Below are positions 1-12,299 of a stretch of 64,000 nucleotides of DNA, piece after piece. The position numbers and the translations under genes are program-made. The notes below the pieces were generated by a model. It was given only the letters and a program-made list of their open reading frames with translations, was not told where the DNA came from and searched no databases. How positions within the stretch are numbered: position 1 is the stretch's first letter; every line of letters begins with the position of its first letter. This DNA is from Selaginella moellendorffii. Lineage: Eukaryota > Plantae > Lycopodiophyta. The DNA lies in the NCBI RefSeq assembly GCF_000143415.4, contig NW_003314282.1, forward strand, positions 1,817,374 to 1,881,373. Reading direction: 5' to 3'.

Positions 1-540
1 TCGACGAATTGATGGTAAGATCTTTCCAGTTTTCACTTTTAAAACTAGCACTCGTGCTTTGTTTAGAACCGGTAGCCAGGCATGTCGAAGAGCAGGGGCT
101 GGACTTTTTGCAGTTTGCGTTTCGGTGGTTTAATTGCCTCTTGATAAGAGAGGTAAGACATTCTTTTGTAAATCACTTCACCTTCAATTGTTTTGTCTTC
201 CATCACGCAGGTTCCTTTCTCATTGGTTTCTAGACTGTGGGATACTTATCTAGCCGAGGGCGACGCTTTTCCAGAGTACCTTGTATATGCCTGTGCCAGC
301 TTCTTATTGACGGTACGCAAATCACATCATCGCAGAGGCCTGCCTGACTCTAAACTGTTCCTTTCTTTTTTATAGTGGACCGACCAGCTCCAGCAGCTAG
401 ATTTCCAGGAGATGGTGCTTTTCTTGCAGCACTTACCAACGAAGAGATGGACTCACCAAGAGCTGGAGATGGTGCTGTCGCGAGCTTTCATGTGGAGAGT
501 TATGTTCGACCGCTCCCCAAGTCACTTAAACTCGGGCTAA
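1..540 (+). CDS. TBC-domain Rab GTPase-activating protein (GYP1/TBC1D22-like), 3' exons only
   Basis: Spliced exons give LQFAFRWFNCLLIRE / VPFSLVSRLWDTYLAEGD / WTDQLQQLDFQEMVLFLQHLPT...RAFMWR; stop TAA 538-540; GT-AG introns. Confidence 0.9.
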
Positions 541-731
541 GTCGATCTATCGATTCAAAGCGCTGGCTGCTATCTAAGAAGAGAGCAAATGAAATAGAAA
601 GAACCAGGTAGTTCTAGAAAAGTTTGCAATTTATTCGATTCCAATGTACAGTCGCCATCACTCCCTCTATAGGTATTCTACACACAAGTTCTTCCACTGT
701 TTTTTTTTTTTTTAAGTTCTCACTCACTTCT

Positions 732-2456
732 TCACGCTGCTGCTGCAAAGTGTACTTCCAGATTGCTACTCGTCGAGATTCTCTTCTCGCTCACGATCTT
801 CTTCTCGTCACCCTCGAGCTTGCAAACCCCCGGCATCCTCTCCTTGACGAGCTTCCACACCGACTCATACTCGTCGTCGGCATTGCGCAGCGATCGAAAC
901 ATGCTCTCGAGGACGTGTGACGACGGCGAAGCCGGATCCTGGAACGGCTTCTGGACGATTCTCAAGTACTGGTACATCTCGTGAGCGGGCATTCCCTGGA
1001 GCAAGTATGGAAGCAAGCGTCCATGCGCGGCTTCCATGATGATCACGCAGCTCTCTATCGCTGCGTCCTGCTGCTTGCTCCCGAATCCGACAGTCTCGAG
1101 CAGAGGAAGAATGTCGCGCTCTTCCTCGTCGAAGTGATCTCGCGTGCTCTCCTGGATCGATATATCGAAACGTAAGCACAAAAGAGAGATTTTTCTACCA
1201 CCAAGAAGTACCTGGAACACTTTTAGCCGAGTTGCTAGCGCGACCAGAGCTTCATTATGGACGCAGCTGCCCTGTTGTAACGCCAGGACCGACTTCAGAT
1301 CCTCGCGAATCCCATTCATGATTGGTAAATCTCTGGCGTGATCAGCGTGCACAAGCTCGGTCAGTCCTGGCAAGGAAAAGAAAGAACAACCAAAACTTTG
1401 TGATCACCACGCGAAGAATTCTATGGAAAACCGAAAGAACTTACCTTTGTCCGCATTCTCCAGCACTGGAAACATGGTTCTCTCCTCCATCTGTGCGTGC
1501 TCTTGCATCAGCTCCACCAGCCGTGAGTACTCGGACGAGAGCTTCTTGATCTTCATCGCCAGCCCCGCCTTGACGGGCGAGATGGTGCTGGAATTCACCT
1601 TGGTCGCGGCCAGCTCCTCGGAGATCTTCACCACCCTCTCGATGTGGAAGAGGATGCTCCGGTGCTGGAGCAAGCACAAGCTCGCCACCGCCGGGCAAGT
1701 TCTCTCGTCGATCGCCTTGGAGACCGACATCTCCAGCAAGTCTGGATCCATCCTCACGGGAGCGTAGCTCGGGAAGAACGGCATTCGCTTGTAGTAGCCC
1801 AGGAGATTGGAGTGGACAGCTCGAATCTCGACCCCTCGAAAGAGGCCCAGCGGCCGGACGAGCTCCAGGAAAGGGATGAGGTAGACGTCCACCATGCTAA
1901 ACTCTTGGCCAAAGAAGTAAGGCCCATCTTTGCCGTGCTCCCACAGCCCCCTGTCCAATCTCGCGAACGCCGTGTCGATCTTGGCGCTGCCCTCTTGTTG
2001 GACTGCCGGATCGGCGTCGTAGAGCAGCTGGCCGACGAGCGGCGAGAATTCGTCTCGCACAAATTCCACCCAGTCGCGGACATCCATCCCGGCCGATCCC
2101 TCAAGCAAGAGCGGTGGATCGCGGAAGGTGGCCTCGATGTAGTCCACAATGTCGTCGGCGGATCCATAGATGACGCTGCCGCCGTGCTGGAGGATGGGGA
2201 CATCGCCATCCGGGCACGCGGATTCCAGCCACTCGAGCTTCTTGCTGGATTGCAAACCCTCGGGCGGCACCCAGATTGGATCCACGCTCAGGCCCTTGTG
2301 GAGGAGCGCGATCCGGATCCGGGCCGTGAAGGGGCAGAGCTCCACGCCAAACAATCGCAGCACTACGCCATTGCCAAACCTGTAGGGATGGCACGATACC
2401 GGCACCACGCACGCCGCCGTCGCCTCGCAATCTTTCTTGCCGAAGCAAGCTCCCAT
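732..2456 (-). CDS. Hemerythrin-class glutathione S-transferase (GST-N + GST-C + hemerythrin); exons 2456-1445 and 1366-732
   Basis: GST-N motif LCPFTARIRIAL, VPIL..GS..IVDYIE; GST-C GPYFFGQEFSMVDVYLIPF; hemerythrin motifs QHRSI, EHAQMEE, DH, DHFDEEE; GT-AG intron 1444-1367. Confidence 0.85.
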
Positions 2457-3053
2457 GATCGATCTTCTTCTTCTTTACTGCCGCGACCCTCCTCCTCCGC
2501 CGCCGCCTGGATGGATCGATCGCATTCGTGAAAGCAGAGGGCGAGAGATGGAAATTTAGGGCTTTAGGATGAGAACGGCTAGTTTCGCTGCGCAACGGCT
2601 GTTTGTATTTTAGGGGGGATATTCTTTGGACATTCTAGGTAGCATTTATTAATTTATGTTAATTAAAAAATAATTGCAAAAATTAATACTCGTTTAAACG
2701 AAATAAGCTATAGAAATTCATAAAAGTTTATTTTAACTTTTTACACTTATGATATTAACATTATTATACATTTTGTGTTATTATAGGAACCTGAAAATCC
2801 ATTTTCATCCATTCTCAAATTCATGGTCGCCACAAAGTTTTGGTTATTTATTTTTAAAAAAAATCTAATTTATAAAAAGGTTTAATGAATGAGAAAAATA
2901 CTTTTTAGGTGACTTTAAAGATATCCTAAACCAAAAACAATTTAACATATTTCTAAATTTACAATAATGAACACTCCACTGTTCAGTACAAAACTTGAAG
3001 GTTCAGCTGCATGCTTTTCAGAATGTTGGGCATGGCGGCTCCAAAGCTCACTT

Positions 3054-5963
3054 CTAAGGTCTTGAAGCATGTCCCACGTCAGTATCAAGCGATGAAACAC
3101 AGGGAAGCAAAGAGATGGATGCCGGGATTTTCTGCCAATTTCCTCTATCTTTTCCTTGTTGGCTGCTTAGAAGTAAGCACTGCACGGTAATGAGCTTGGC
3201 TTGGATCGCAAAGAAATCATCCGGCAGCTGCTCGTAAGAGTAGAGGTGTAGCTCTTGGAGGCTACTTGGAAACGAGGTGATGGTGGTGGACACAAGGTTT
3301 CTCATGTAGCCCTCGACAGTCAAGAACTTGAGGCTTGGGAGACTCGTCACAAAGAGAGGCAAGTGATCGCGAGCAGTGGCGAAGCTCAAGTGCAGCGTTT
3401 TCAAGTTTTCCATGGCGGATGAAGTGATGAAGTTGGGATCCAGCTGCAGCGATTCCGGGAAAGAGTCGAGTTTGAGCTCTTTCAAGTTTGGGAAAGAACC
3501 TGGCGGAGCTAGCTGCTGGCACGCAACGCCATCGCAGATAAGGTGGAGTTCTTCGAGACGTTTCAATCGATGGAGACAGGAGAGATTCTTCATCTTATGG
3601 TTGTAAAGGTCAAAAACTCGAAGCCCATGACACTTCTCGATCCACGTGAAACCTTCGTCGTGTGTTTGATCTTCTTCCACTCCCGTGATTCGAAAGACTT
3701 GCAGATTGAGTGATCCTTTGAACAGGCTGCTCCAGCGAGCTCCTCTACTCGACATGCAAATGATCTCGCATCGCATCAGCTCCTTGAAGCGTCCAGATCC
3801 AGCAGAAACTCGCCGAAACTCGATGTTCCTGGACACCAAAAACAATGTCTCGAGATGCTCCAAAGCCGTGAATCCTTCCGAGAGTATGATCAAGCCGCTC
3901 GACGAGGACGAGCCTATCATCTCCAAATGCCGCAGATGTGTGGCGCTGGAAATCCCTGTTAAGTCCACCACCTCTGTGTCACTCGCGTGGATTGTCAGCT
4001 CCTTCAAGTTTGAGAGCTTGTAGAGCATATCGAAACCAAAGTTCCTGACATTGCTGTCGCATTTCAAGTATTGGAGTGATTCTATCTCCATGATCTCGAC
4101 TGGAATGTGGTTTATCCACGTGTTTCTAAGATCGAGCATTTCAAGCCTCGTGAGCTTGGAGATCCCTGGTGGAATGGATTCCACCTTTGTTCCCTTCAAG
4201 CTTAGTCCCTTAAGTTCCTTGATCCGGTCTATCAAGTCTTCGTCCAAAACGCTAAACCTGTTGTTCCCATCGAGCAAGACCATGTCTCTTACAGATAAGT
4301 TTGATGGCAGGCTTCGAACATTCTTGGAGATAAAGGAGACTTTGTTGGCCCTCTCGTCCATGCTTGGTTTCCACTCATGTCCAAAGAAGCATTTCTCTTC
4401 GTGCTGCGCTTGAGAATGGAACTTTCCCTTCAGAACTCTAATGCAAAGTTTGCGTAGCATGTCATGAACCGTGATGTATAACGGATTGTCATCTGCATCA
4501 TTCACCACCTTGATCATCGATCTTCGCTCCAGTTCTTTCGCAATCTCCTTGAAGGAGAGCTGTGAGTTGCTTGCTATCCAACACTTGATCAAGTCTTCGA
4601 AATCTATCCTGGCATCTTCTGGAAACGCAGCCACGTAAAGGAAGCACTCTTGCAACTTATCATCGTTGTTTCCCAGCTCGTCGTAGCTAAACTTCAAGCG
4701 CTTGAACATGAGCTTCTCAAGATCATCGTCGTTGGACAAGTGCAACTGTCGGTAACGTTCTTTCCAAACTCGGGACCCGTGGTCTCTGTAAACAGCCATG
4801 GCACTGCCAACGACTTCAAGAGCTAGAGGTAGGCCCTCACACTTTCGAGCGATTCTCTCCGCCACCTTTTCAACGCGGTGACGATCTTCAAACTTATGCA
4901 AGCTTCCTGATCCTGATCGAGGTCCGAATGCAAACTTCCAAAACATCTCCTTGCTTTCACCCTCCGGCAGCAAACGGACCCTGATAACTCTGGCCTGGAG
5001 CTTTTTTAGAACATCTTCCTTCCTGGTCGTCACAAGCACCCGAGATGAAGACTTTTGATCCACGAAATCAATGAAGTTCCTTGCAAGATTAGCTTGCCAT
5101 ACATCGTCCAGGATCAGAAGAACTTTTCTCCCACCACAAACCTCCCTTGCAAAGTGTTTCATATCCTCAAGCTTACTACAAGCTTTCACCATGTCAAGCT
5201 TGTCACCCCATTCCAGGCCATGAATAACTTGGCTCTTGAGACTATCCTCACAAGCATCCTTGGCCACTGTGAACCACACGATGTTGTCCTGAAAGTACTC
5301 CCTGATCCTTGGATCATTGTGGACGCAGCTTGCAAGAGTGGTCTTTCCACATCCACCCATCCCCAAAACTCCCACACACATGTCATGAGAATTATCCGCG
5401 AGGAGGATCTTCACCACCTTATCTAGCATCACGCCGCCAAAGATGGTCTCAGGAACCACGCGCCGTACATAAGTTCTCGCAACACCCTTGTCCTGTGGAG
5501 AAGTCCGTACGGCATAGCTGGAACTGCGCTTTACCAATTCCAGCTCTCGTTCGTAGCTCTCGATTTGGGAGAGAAGATCATCGTAGAGACGAATGGCTTC
5601 GTCGATCGCACCATATCTCTCATACCTTTGCAATTCCATCAATGGTAATTCAATCGCAAAACTAAAGAGCACTTATCTCGACTCTTACCGTACTTTGGGG
5701 TTCCAGATGTTCCTCCTGGCGACCAGCAGCTCTTGGGCTTTGTGATTCCAAGCCTTGATGCGATCCAAGCACTCCTCCGCTGCGTCCGAGAACTTGAATC
5801 CTGGATTGGTGTGCTTGGGAGCATCAAATGCGTCGATCTTAGCATTGATGTTGGCGGCCCTGTGCTCGAGAACTCCGAGGTTTGCATCCCAAGACCACAC
5901 CTTTTGAAGAGCATCGATGCCCATTCTCGCTAGTGGAACCGCCACACAGCTCGCAAATTCCAT
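3054..5963 (-). CDS. NB-ARC-LRR immune receptor (NLR) with helical N-terminus; exons 5963-5689 and 5625-3054
   Basis: P-loop GMGGCGKTT, kinase-2 LLILDDVW, RNBS-B VLVTTR, GLPLAL, CFLYVAAFPED, VHD (MHD variant), C-terminal LxxLxL repeats; intron 5688-5626 restores frame. Confidence 0.93.
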
Positions 5964-5964
5964 T

Positions 5965-6043
5965 GTAATAGAGGATTCCAATCCAAGTCAACAAAGACGT
6001 GAGCTATTTGACTTTGTTGACTTTGATTGGAGTCCTCCATTGC
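5965..6043. repeat. 32-bp inverted repeat (28/32 match, 15-nt loop) with W-box-like TTGACT cores just upstream of the NLR ATG
   Basis: gtaatagaggattccaatccaagtcaacaaag (5965-5996) pairs with ctttgttgactttgattggagtcctccattgc (6012-6043). Confidence 0.85.
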
Positions 6044-6483
6044 TGGCCACAGTTCACAGACAAGGATCGATCTCCAATGACATTCAGAGGAAGGATTCAT
6101 CTCCAATGACATTCAAGGGATTTTTCTGACTCTTTATCTCATTTTTTTTAAAAAATAAAAAAATTATTTCTGCTTTTACAAGGAATAGTACAAACCGTAT
6201 TTACAATGGTTAGAATGATTGAATACAAGTAATTCTACAGATAAGATAAAAAATATACGTATTACAATGTAATTTGTTACCTTTGGGTGAAAGTAATCTT
6301 TTATACATAAAGGAAGATAAGTATAGGGCATAGCCCCGATAGATACTATATGATGATATTTTCTGGCTCTATAGAGATGGATAGGATAATCTAGATAGCG
6401 GCATTTTTTGGTAGAAGATCAAGAGAGGAGAGGGCTCGAGAGGCGCCGAGAGGCGAAGATCCAATCCCCTCGCTGGGCGCGCA

Positions 6484-8087
6484 ATGGCCGCCGTGGTGAT
6501 GGACTGCTCGGCTGCCAGGAAGTCGATCGGCGCGGCAGCGATGCTGGCGGCAGCGGCGGCCGAGCCGGGGTCGAGCGCTGTCTATGGCAGATTGCGCGTC
6601 CAGAGAATCCGGAGCTGCTGGCTAGGGTTAAGAGTGGGGAATGCTCGCGGCGGGATCACCTGCCGGCAGCATCGTCAATCGCTGGTGGTTTGTAGCAGTA
6701 GCAGCAGCTGGTCTAGCAAGCCCGGCAAGGATGGGGGCGAGGAGGACGAGTTCCAAGAAGCTCCAGCCGAGGATTATTTGCAAGCGCAGGTCGTGGATGC
6801 TGGTGAGTGCTTCCCTTTTTCCCCTTTTCCCCCTTTTTCCTCTCATTGTATCGATTGACATGGTTTGATTCCTTCTTTTTTCCTTTCTTTGCAGTGAGTA
6901 TGCTGCCACTACACGGGCGATTGTTTATGACTCTGTCCAGTGGAAGAGAAGTTGAGGTCAATCACGTCCATCCTTCCAAAGGCAGGCTTTTGTACAGAGC
7001 GAGGAATCCAGCCATTTTTCTCAAGGTTCTCAGCGACTCGGACGTCCTGCTCCCAATTATTGTAGGTACGTTGCGCAAAGAAAGAGCTTCTTTTTCCTAC
7101 TTTGTTCTTCTGGCGGTGCTTTGACACTGGTTTTCCCCAGGCGAAACGGCCGTGACCATGCTCATGAAAGCACTCCATGACGAAGAGAAATCGGTAACGT
7201 AAATTGCGAAGTTATGATCCATTTTCATGGTGCTTCGTCTCCATACGTTTCGCAGGCCCGTCCAAACCATTATCAATTGCTGAGACAGATTGTTGGTGCG
7301 CTAGACTTCGAGGTGAATGCACATTCGATTCTTGTTTTCTTCTTCTTTTTTTCACACGGTCTTCTTGGACCAGGCAAAAATGGTCAGGATCACTGAGCGA
7401 GTCAGGGACACATACTATGCCCGCATTTACTTTGGCCAAGTAAGCATAGCTTTCTTCTCAGGAAAGAGCCCCCAAGCCTGATATCACGCGATGACTACAG
7501 GATGGCAAGAAAGCGCTCACTAGCGTAGACGCCAGGCCTTCGGACGCGATCAACTTCGCTGTAAGAAGCAAGGTTTGTGACCATTTCCAGCCCGGTTCTT
7601 GCCTGACAAATTCCCAAGCAGATTCCAATCTTCGTGAACAAGTCTATAGTCGAAAGTGATGCCGTGAGGCCAGTCTACTCGACTCCCGTGCCCTGGGACA
7701 CCACTGGCGAGAGGAGCCGAAAGTCTTCCTATCTTGATAGGTTCGTTCTCGTTTTCTCGCGAAAACGATAAAAAAAAATTTGTTTTTGTGTAGTCCTGAT
7801 GACGCTCATGATCCAATCGCGGAAGAGATCACTCTAATGAAGGACATGCTCATGGCTGTGGTGGAGGAGCGATATGCGGATGCTGGTAAGTTCTGTCATC
7901 TTCTTTTCTCTTTTTTTCTCTCGCTGGTTTATCTTGACACTGCTATTGCACAGCTCGATGCCGGGACCAGCTTAACAAGCTTCGCCTCTCGTGCAAGATG
8001 AAACAGGTAAAGCGATAATGCAAAATCGTTTTTTTCTTCTTCTCAGATTGTAATTTCTCGTGGATCTACTTGCAGCAGTCGCTATAG
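6484..8087 (+). CDS. Bifunctional nuclease (DUF151/BBD-type with C-terminal UVR-like helix), multi-exon, N-terminal targeting-like peptide
   Basis: Exons: YLQAQVVDA / VSMLPLHGRLFMTL..RARNPAIFLK..LLPIIVG / RPNHYQLLRQ / RITERVRDTYYARIYF / SVDARPSDAINFAVR / MAVVEERYADA. Confidence 0.85.
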
Positions 8088-8320
8088 AAGGATAGGATTG
8101 AAGGAAACTCGACGACAACATGAACAACGCAATGGCGACTGAAATAGATGAGGGATTGATTCAAGCAGCTGATATTAAAGTAAAGCTAGTGTACATACTG
8201 TGCAGTGTGCCGTAAGTTATATATGCCTTTGTAGCTGGGACTACAGCATTTAATCAATCGTGGTAAAAAATCGCTATTGGATATGAACTTCTCGTCCCTG
8301 GCTTTGTCAAGTCCATTAAG

Positions 8321-10204
8321 TTACACCCAGTGATCCCTGTTCAGAGCACACCAAGTTTAAAGAACAACGAAGAACACCAATTTGGAGTTACCGGAATGTT
8401 AGACAAAACCGAGCTAACGAGTCACAGCTCATCCTCGATGCAATATCCGCAATGGTCGAGGCGGTGGAAGCTGTAACATAATCGACGAGCTTGAGCTCAC
8501 AAATCTCTTTCAAGTTGGATGCTTGTGTAAGCACCGCAGAGTGACCACCTCCAGCAGCTAAGCACGTAATCTCTCCAACACACCTGGAAGAACACACCAA
8601 AGCTTTTCTCGCTTGGAAGAAAGCTTGCTTGGTAAAACTTACCAGTCGATTGGAGAAGGATACCAGGCATAATAAGCTTTGCCAGAATCTGCCTGTCCAT
8701 AGCTGTTGTAGCCGCAGCCAAGCAGCCGGCCATTCGCCATCCGGACGAGAGTGTGGAGATCTCCACAAGTTGCTGAGCGAGCACCGGATGGGATCACTAG
8801 AACCGGAATCCGCTGGAAGAAAAAGTCGATGTCACTACTGCCGCAGATGCGATCTTGCCGGGGCCCCAGACCAAGTTGTCCTGCGTGACTTCCACCCCAC
8901 ATATATAATCCTCCGGCAGAGGAGATCGCGCAGGAGTGGACTCCACCGGCAGATATCTGGACGACATCCACGCCTTCCAGCGTCACCACTCTTCTCGGAA
9001 GAACTTCCTTGTTACCGGATTGCAAACTTCTGTGACCAAGTTGTCCGGAAGATCCCAGTCCCCAGGTGTATCTACAGGAAAGTTGCAAAAACCATTAGCA
9101 ATAAACGATCGAAAGAAGAAAGAACAGTAAACAAGAGTAAAAAAAAGATCGCTCACTCCCTGACAGTTCCCATCTCTCAATCCGGCAAGAGCACAACTTA
9201 CACATCGCCATTGTGTGCAATCGCTGCTGTGTGATACTCGCCACACACCACTTGCTTCACTTTGACAGTTTCAACCGGCTCGTTGAGGAACTTAACGAAA
9301 GAGGTGACAATTTTTGCTCCTTGGAGCCCCTCGCAGCTGATCCCTCGGCCGAGTTGGCCATGCTCATTGTATCCTGTTCAAGGAAATCCGCAATGCCAAG
9401 GCAAGCACAAAAACAAATCTAGAACTGTGTCAATCCCCACTCGCAAATGATAGATAGAACTAAAGAGCAAACCAAGGAAAAAAATGGAAGGAAGGTGGTA
9501 GAGAAGTACCCCACGTTTGAAGAACACCGTGCTCTGAAAGAGCTGCGGCGTGTGCTCCTCCACAGGCTACTTGAATGACCACCTGAGATAGCGATGAAAT
9601 GAAAACTTCCATGAAGAACAAAAAAAAAAGGAGAACTTTACTGTGCTAGATGAGAATGCTCCAGAGAACAATCGAGGCGAATTTGATCCCTGGCAAAAGA
9701 AAAAGAGAGGAAGAACCAATGAGCAAAAGAATGCGAAAGAACAAAAGAGTTACCTGGTTTTGTCCCCAAATCCACATCCTGCCACGACAAGTTCCATCTC
9801 TAGAATCAGCGATGGCGGCAGTGCAATTGGCTCCACAAGCAACCGACTTGACAGCCTCGTCTCGCAATCCATAGACTCTCTTCGGCCGATCGGAGTTTGT
9901 CTCAGATCCATCGCCGAGTTGCCCGAATTGATTGGATCCTACGCTAGTTCATCCCGGTTCTAAGGATGGAACGAAAGAAAGAAAGAAACTCACCCCAGGT
10001 AAAGAGGGATCCATCCGAGGCGATGGCGGCAGTGTGCTCGAGGCCGCAAGAAATGGCGATGAGTCGAAGCGACGATGGATGGATCGCGACTCTGATGGGA
10101 TGCGGCACCGCGTTGTGGATTGCCGATTCTTGCCCTGCCTGGCCGCATTGATTGTAGCCCCACGCATAGAGAACGCTCCTCGCGGGCACTGGCTGCTCCT
10201 CCAT
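8321..10204 (-). CDS. RCC1-repeat (regulator of chromosome condensation family) protein, multi-exon
   Basis: Repeats YAWGYNQCGQAG, ISCGLEHT, VACGANCT, YTWGLGSSGQLG, ISAGGVHS, ATCGDLHT, AAGGGHS. Confidence 0.9.
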
Positions 10205-10296
10205 CTCGTCTATAACCTAGAACAGTTTAAATTAAAGGTCAAGGAAAGTTACTTTTAAAAATACCTTAGTTTACTTATTTACCATTTATAGCGTGC

Positions 10297-10358
10297 TTAC
10301 GTGTCATTATTGCGTGGCACTTCATAGTGACTTAGTCCCACGTCATAGTGACACGTAA
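10297..10358. promoter_or_regulatory. Cluster of ACGT-core (ABRE-like) motifs in the 220-bp divergent RCC1/NEN promoter
   Basis: ttacgtgtca (10297) and its exact inverse tgacacgtaa (10349), plus ccacgtca between them. Confidence 0.45.
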
Positions 10359-10424
10359 TCAAGCCATAAGGAGAATATTCGAGGTTTGTGACAGGATCAA
10401 CCATTTAGCTTTTAAGTTGGAGCT

Positions 10425-12126
10425 ATGGCGGCGATAGAGGAAGAAGGCGCCAGGGCGGCGATGGAGATCGTCTTCTACGATGTTGAGACGACGGTGCCGG
10501 AGGTGAAGGGGCAGGGTTATGATATCCTCGAGTTTGGCGCTGTGGTGGTGTCGGCCAGGGGACTGGGGGAGCTCGATTCCTTCACCACGCTCGTCCGCCC
10601 CTCATCCCTAGCCCTGGTCAGTCCCAGGAGCGTCTCCTGCAATGGGATCGTCCAGGACAGCCTCGTCGGAGCTCCATCGTTCCTGGAGATCGCCGATCGC
10701 GTCCATGCTCTGCTTCACGGTGAGTTTCTTGATGGATATTTTGGTGATTTTCTTGGCCGATTGATCGATCAGGGCGCGTGTGGGCGGGGCATAACATCTT
10801 GCGCTTTGACAATCTCCGGATCAAGGAGGCTTTCGCGAGCATTGGAAGGGCTGGGCCGGAAGCCGCTGGCCACATTGATACATTTCCATTGCTGCGAAAA
10901 AGCTTTGGCCAGAGAGCTGGAAATCTCAAGGTATGTTTTGCTTTGCTTTTCTTCTCCATCGATTCCAGGCTTCCTTTAGATGGCAACTCTAGCATCTTAT
11001 TTCGGGCTTGGCAAGCAAGAACACAGGTAGAGCGATCCACTCCCATCTCTCTTTTTTATTTGTTTCTAACTTTCTCTTTCTCGTCCAGGAGTCTCGCGGA
11101 CGTCCGTATGAACATCGAGGTTCTAAAGCTGTGTGCTACCGTACTCTTCCTGGTAAGGTCACCATTCTTGCAAGTTCTAAGCTCTCATGGTGTTTTCTTC
11201 TCGATTAATCTAGGAATCCAACTTCCCCGACATCTTCCCAATGGAGAGCATCGTCTCTCCAAATCAAAACTCGCCTTTTCTCGTCCCCGAGAGGCGCCAG
11301 AGCGCCAGGCTCTCGAGCTTGCGAGGAGACGCCTTTAATTTCAACTTGCTGGCCGTGTCACTGGAGGAGGCGATCAAACACGACGATGCGAATGGACACA
11401 AGCTTGAATCGAGAGAAGAAACCACCATGATATCTGCAACAACAACAAGAACAATCGAGCAAGCTACAGAACAAGAGAGAGTTTCCGAGGATTTAAGGAA
11501 CGACAAGTTCTTACGTCCAGACGAGATCTTCCTGGACTTTTTAGACGCCACGCACAATCCCGATGGGAAGTGGATCACTCTCCAGCACGCATCGCAGCAG
11601 CTCTGCATTCGCGAGACAAACGCCCGGGTCAAGTTCAGTGTGAGCGACAGATTTGCTTACAGCAGCGATGGCAAGCCAACTTTCAGCATCGTCATCGTCC
11701 CGACGCCAAAGCTGCTAGCAATCGCCAAGGAATGCGAGGTTCTCGTGAAGAAGGTGTCCACTTCCATGGGGATCGCTGCTGTGTGGCAGCCGGTGCTGGT
11801 TGCCAACGGAACTGGAGACGAAGCACTGCGCATCAAGTAAGAAAATTATTCCATCGTTCTAACTTTGAGATCAATCACACCTTTGCAGGATTGGAACCAG
11901 TGGAGATGGCGAGAGTGCGTCCTACACAACGAAGCTGTTCAAGAAGAAGCAAGAAGATGGAAGCTTAGAACGATTGAATCTACCAAGTGTAGATCCCAAA
12001 ACTTTCCAAGAATCAGTACCTGCTGGCTGTGGCGTGGACGTCGAGCTTCGTTGCGATGGCTATGCTTTCCAGGGAGGTAAAGTTGGTCTTCGATTCTTGG
12101 CTGAGCAGCTCTTCATACTCTGCTGA
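10425..12126 (+). CDS. NEN-like DEDDh exonuclease (NAC45/86-dependent exonuclease family), multi-exon
   Basis: EIVFYDVETTVP, ILEFGA, WAGHNILRFD, FGQRAGNLK, RSLADVRMNIEVLKLCATVLFL, ESNFP. Confidence 0.88.
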
Positions 12127-12299
12127 AACTTTCGTCAAAAACTTCGGGAGATACTAATTCTCCGTGTACAAAAATCTTCGCTGTCCATAAAAGAAAAAAG
12201 ACAATTGTTACAAGCAAAGGAGCCACTTTGTTTTACAAAATGTGTCTCCAGCCTCCTAAAACTTCCTAAAACTTTCTCACATACCGGTTCCTCCAAAAT

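Noticed and set aside
1644-2531. Long antisense ORFs over GC-rich exons (also 14024-14809, 15093-15701, 47430-47954)
   Set aside because: Shadow frames of real genes with no recognisable motifs
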